This document shows, in pieces, positions 62,417-64,000 of a stretch of 64,000 nt of DNA. The stretch comes from Cirrosporium novae-zelandiae (Eukaryota). The notes beneath the pieces were generated by a model. The model had not been told where the DNA came from. It worked only from the letters and a program-made list of their open reading frames with translations, and made no database searches. Where the stretch lies: contig JAPETS010000018.1 in the NCBI GenBank assembly GCA_026023565.1, forward strand, positions 62,001 through 126,000, in the 5' to 3' direction. The translations under genes and the position numbers were made by a program. The first letter of the stretch is position 1. The number at the start of each line of letters is the position of its first letter.

Positions 62417-64000
62417 CTACCTAACAAAAATCCTACAAACCGCCTGTTTCTCCGCCTCGACAAACCCCCCACTCCCATCCCCAATAGCAACAGCCAAAGA
62501 AGCAGGCGGATCCCGTAACTGATCGAATCCAGTAACGGTTGCGGAGGGGAGGAGGGAACAGAAGAATGTCGGACCGTTTGCGGCGGCCGTCATTAGGGTT
62601 GTTCTTTCGTTGGAGTTTTTGGTGGCGGTGGTGGTGGTTTTGATCAAGGTGGCTAGAGTGCTTGGAATTGTGCTAGATGTGGATGTAGAAATGGATGTAG
62701 AAGTGGGCGTGGATGCGGGAAGGATCTCTTCTCTATAGGAAGCGGAAAAGAAAGAGGAAGAGGAAGAATAATCTAAAAGGCCTAAAAAAGGCACACACGA
62801 ATGATTAATATCAATTCAATCACATAAACCACCCTACCCCATCTCATCCTCTAATTAATTTTTTCAATACCCTATAAACAAACAATACAAAAAAAGGGAT
62901 ATGTGGCCCTTACATAATCCACAAAACCCCAAACCAAAAAAAAACTCCCCTTCTCAACCCCAGAAAGCAAGCAGCAAGCATAAGGAAAATCTTAACTACA
63001 TACCAATACCAACCCCATGAACAGATTCAGTAACAGCAGCAGCCACAGCCACAGCCCCCCAAAAAATCATCATGACCGTAGCCAAAACCCCCAACGTCCG
63101 TACTTTACCCCTCGAATTCGAACCCAACCCTGAGGAGGAAGTTGAGGATGATGGCGCCAGCAACTTTAAAAGCGTAGACTCCTCCGAACCGATAACCGAG
63201 AATTTATGAGACCGATCCGAGTTCAACATGCGTCGGACCCAAATTCTTTTGGTCGCTATCCCTTTAACTGTAGCCTGCTCTTCCTCAATGCCATAGTTGT
63301 CCCTCGCAAGCGCTGACACTCCATCCTCAACCATATCAAAATCAATATCCCACCCCCCCTCATCCGTTTCCCCATCCAAATTCACACGACCATAAACTTG
63401 GGCGATCAAGCGTGCGGCAAGACTGAGCCCAAAAAAGACAGTCGAGATTAAGAATATGAGAAAAGGAGTTGGGATGCGAGTTTCTCGTCCTAAGGTACCT
63501 TCGTGCAATGAGTGGACGAAGGATGTCTTAATTTCGGGAGCGGATGTGCATGATGGATTTTGCACAGGCGTTCCCAGAGTCATGAGTGGGAGGACTGGGG
63601 TTCTGGGCCGAATAAGTTCGTAGCATGCTGGGCAGGTTGAAGGATGTCCAATTGTCAGAAAGGCGGTAACTGCTTGCCATGGACTGATGGAGGAAGTTAT
63701 GGTCTGAGGGGTAGGTGTGTAAGGTATACTAGAGTCTATGGATGATAAAACGGGTGTAGTGGGAAAGACAAATCCAGAGCCTGCTGAACAGGTTGGCGGT
63801 GTTGCAGTTTCTTTCAAGGCGGCGCTTGGGGTAATGAGATAGCCTAGTAAAACTGTAAAGAGGGCTATGGAGGTATTTGATAGAAGTCGTTTTGAGCGGC
63901 CTAATTTCCTACCACTATTGCTGTTAGTATTGTCGTTATTGTCGCTATCGCTTCTATGACGATTTTCGGAATGATTAATCTCTTCACCTCCATTTTCCGC
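62417..64000 (-). CDS. Hypothetical S/T-rich membrane or secreted protein (5'-partial)
   Basis: The frame is open from the window edge (64000) to 63004. A GTATGT donor at 63003 (phase 1) matches TAG acceptors at 62782 or 62773, which are in frame with the S/T-rich 62417 ORF. Three hydrophobic segments. Confidence 0.6.

Overview
This is a gene-dense eukaryotic window from a filamentous ascomycete (Pezizomycotina-type). Introns are short GT-AG with CTAAC/CTGAC branch sites, and intergenic DNA is rich in microsatellites. I can reconstruct about 21 protein-coding genes: FAR-17a/AIG1-like (partial), Sel1-repeat Nif1/Dsf2-like, DUF3712-like, Wss1/WLM protease, Skg3/Caf120 PH protein, PTC7-like PP2C, SNT2, HELQ/POLQ-type helicase, ERV46, MEX67, TFB6-like, PTR2, PNC1, AidB-like acyl-CoA dehydrogenase, Hva1-TUDOR-like, GHITM-like, RidA/MMF1 and several hypotheticals. 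There are also two intron-containing tRNAs, Met-CAT and His-GTG. I see no transposon, CRISPR array or biosynthetic cluster. The best leads are: (1) a 711-nt ATG-free leader before MEX67 that carries long stop-free non-AUG frames; (2) a recurrent, strand-independent C-rich to G-rich skew flip that overrides codon choice; (3) a repeated TACCTA-N6-TAGGTA palindrome; (4) nine HxRxxS NDR-kinase motifs in the Caf120-like protein; (5) dual-start RidA with a 14-nt microexon; and (6) an orphan protein with several signal-peptide-like segments. All family calls come from recognising motifs by eye, not from database searches.
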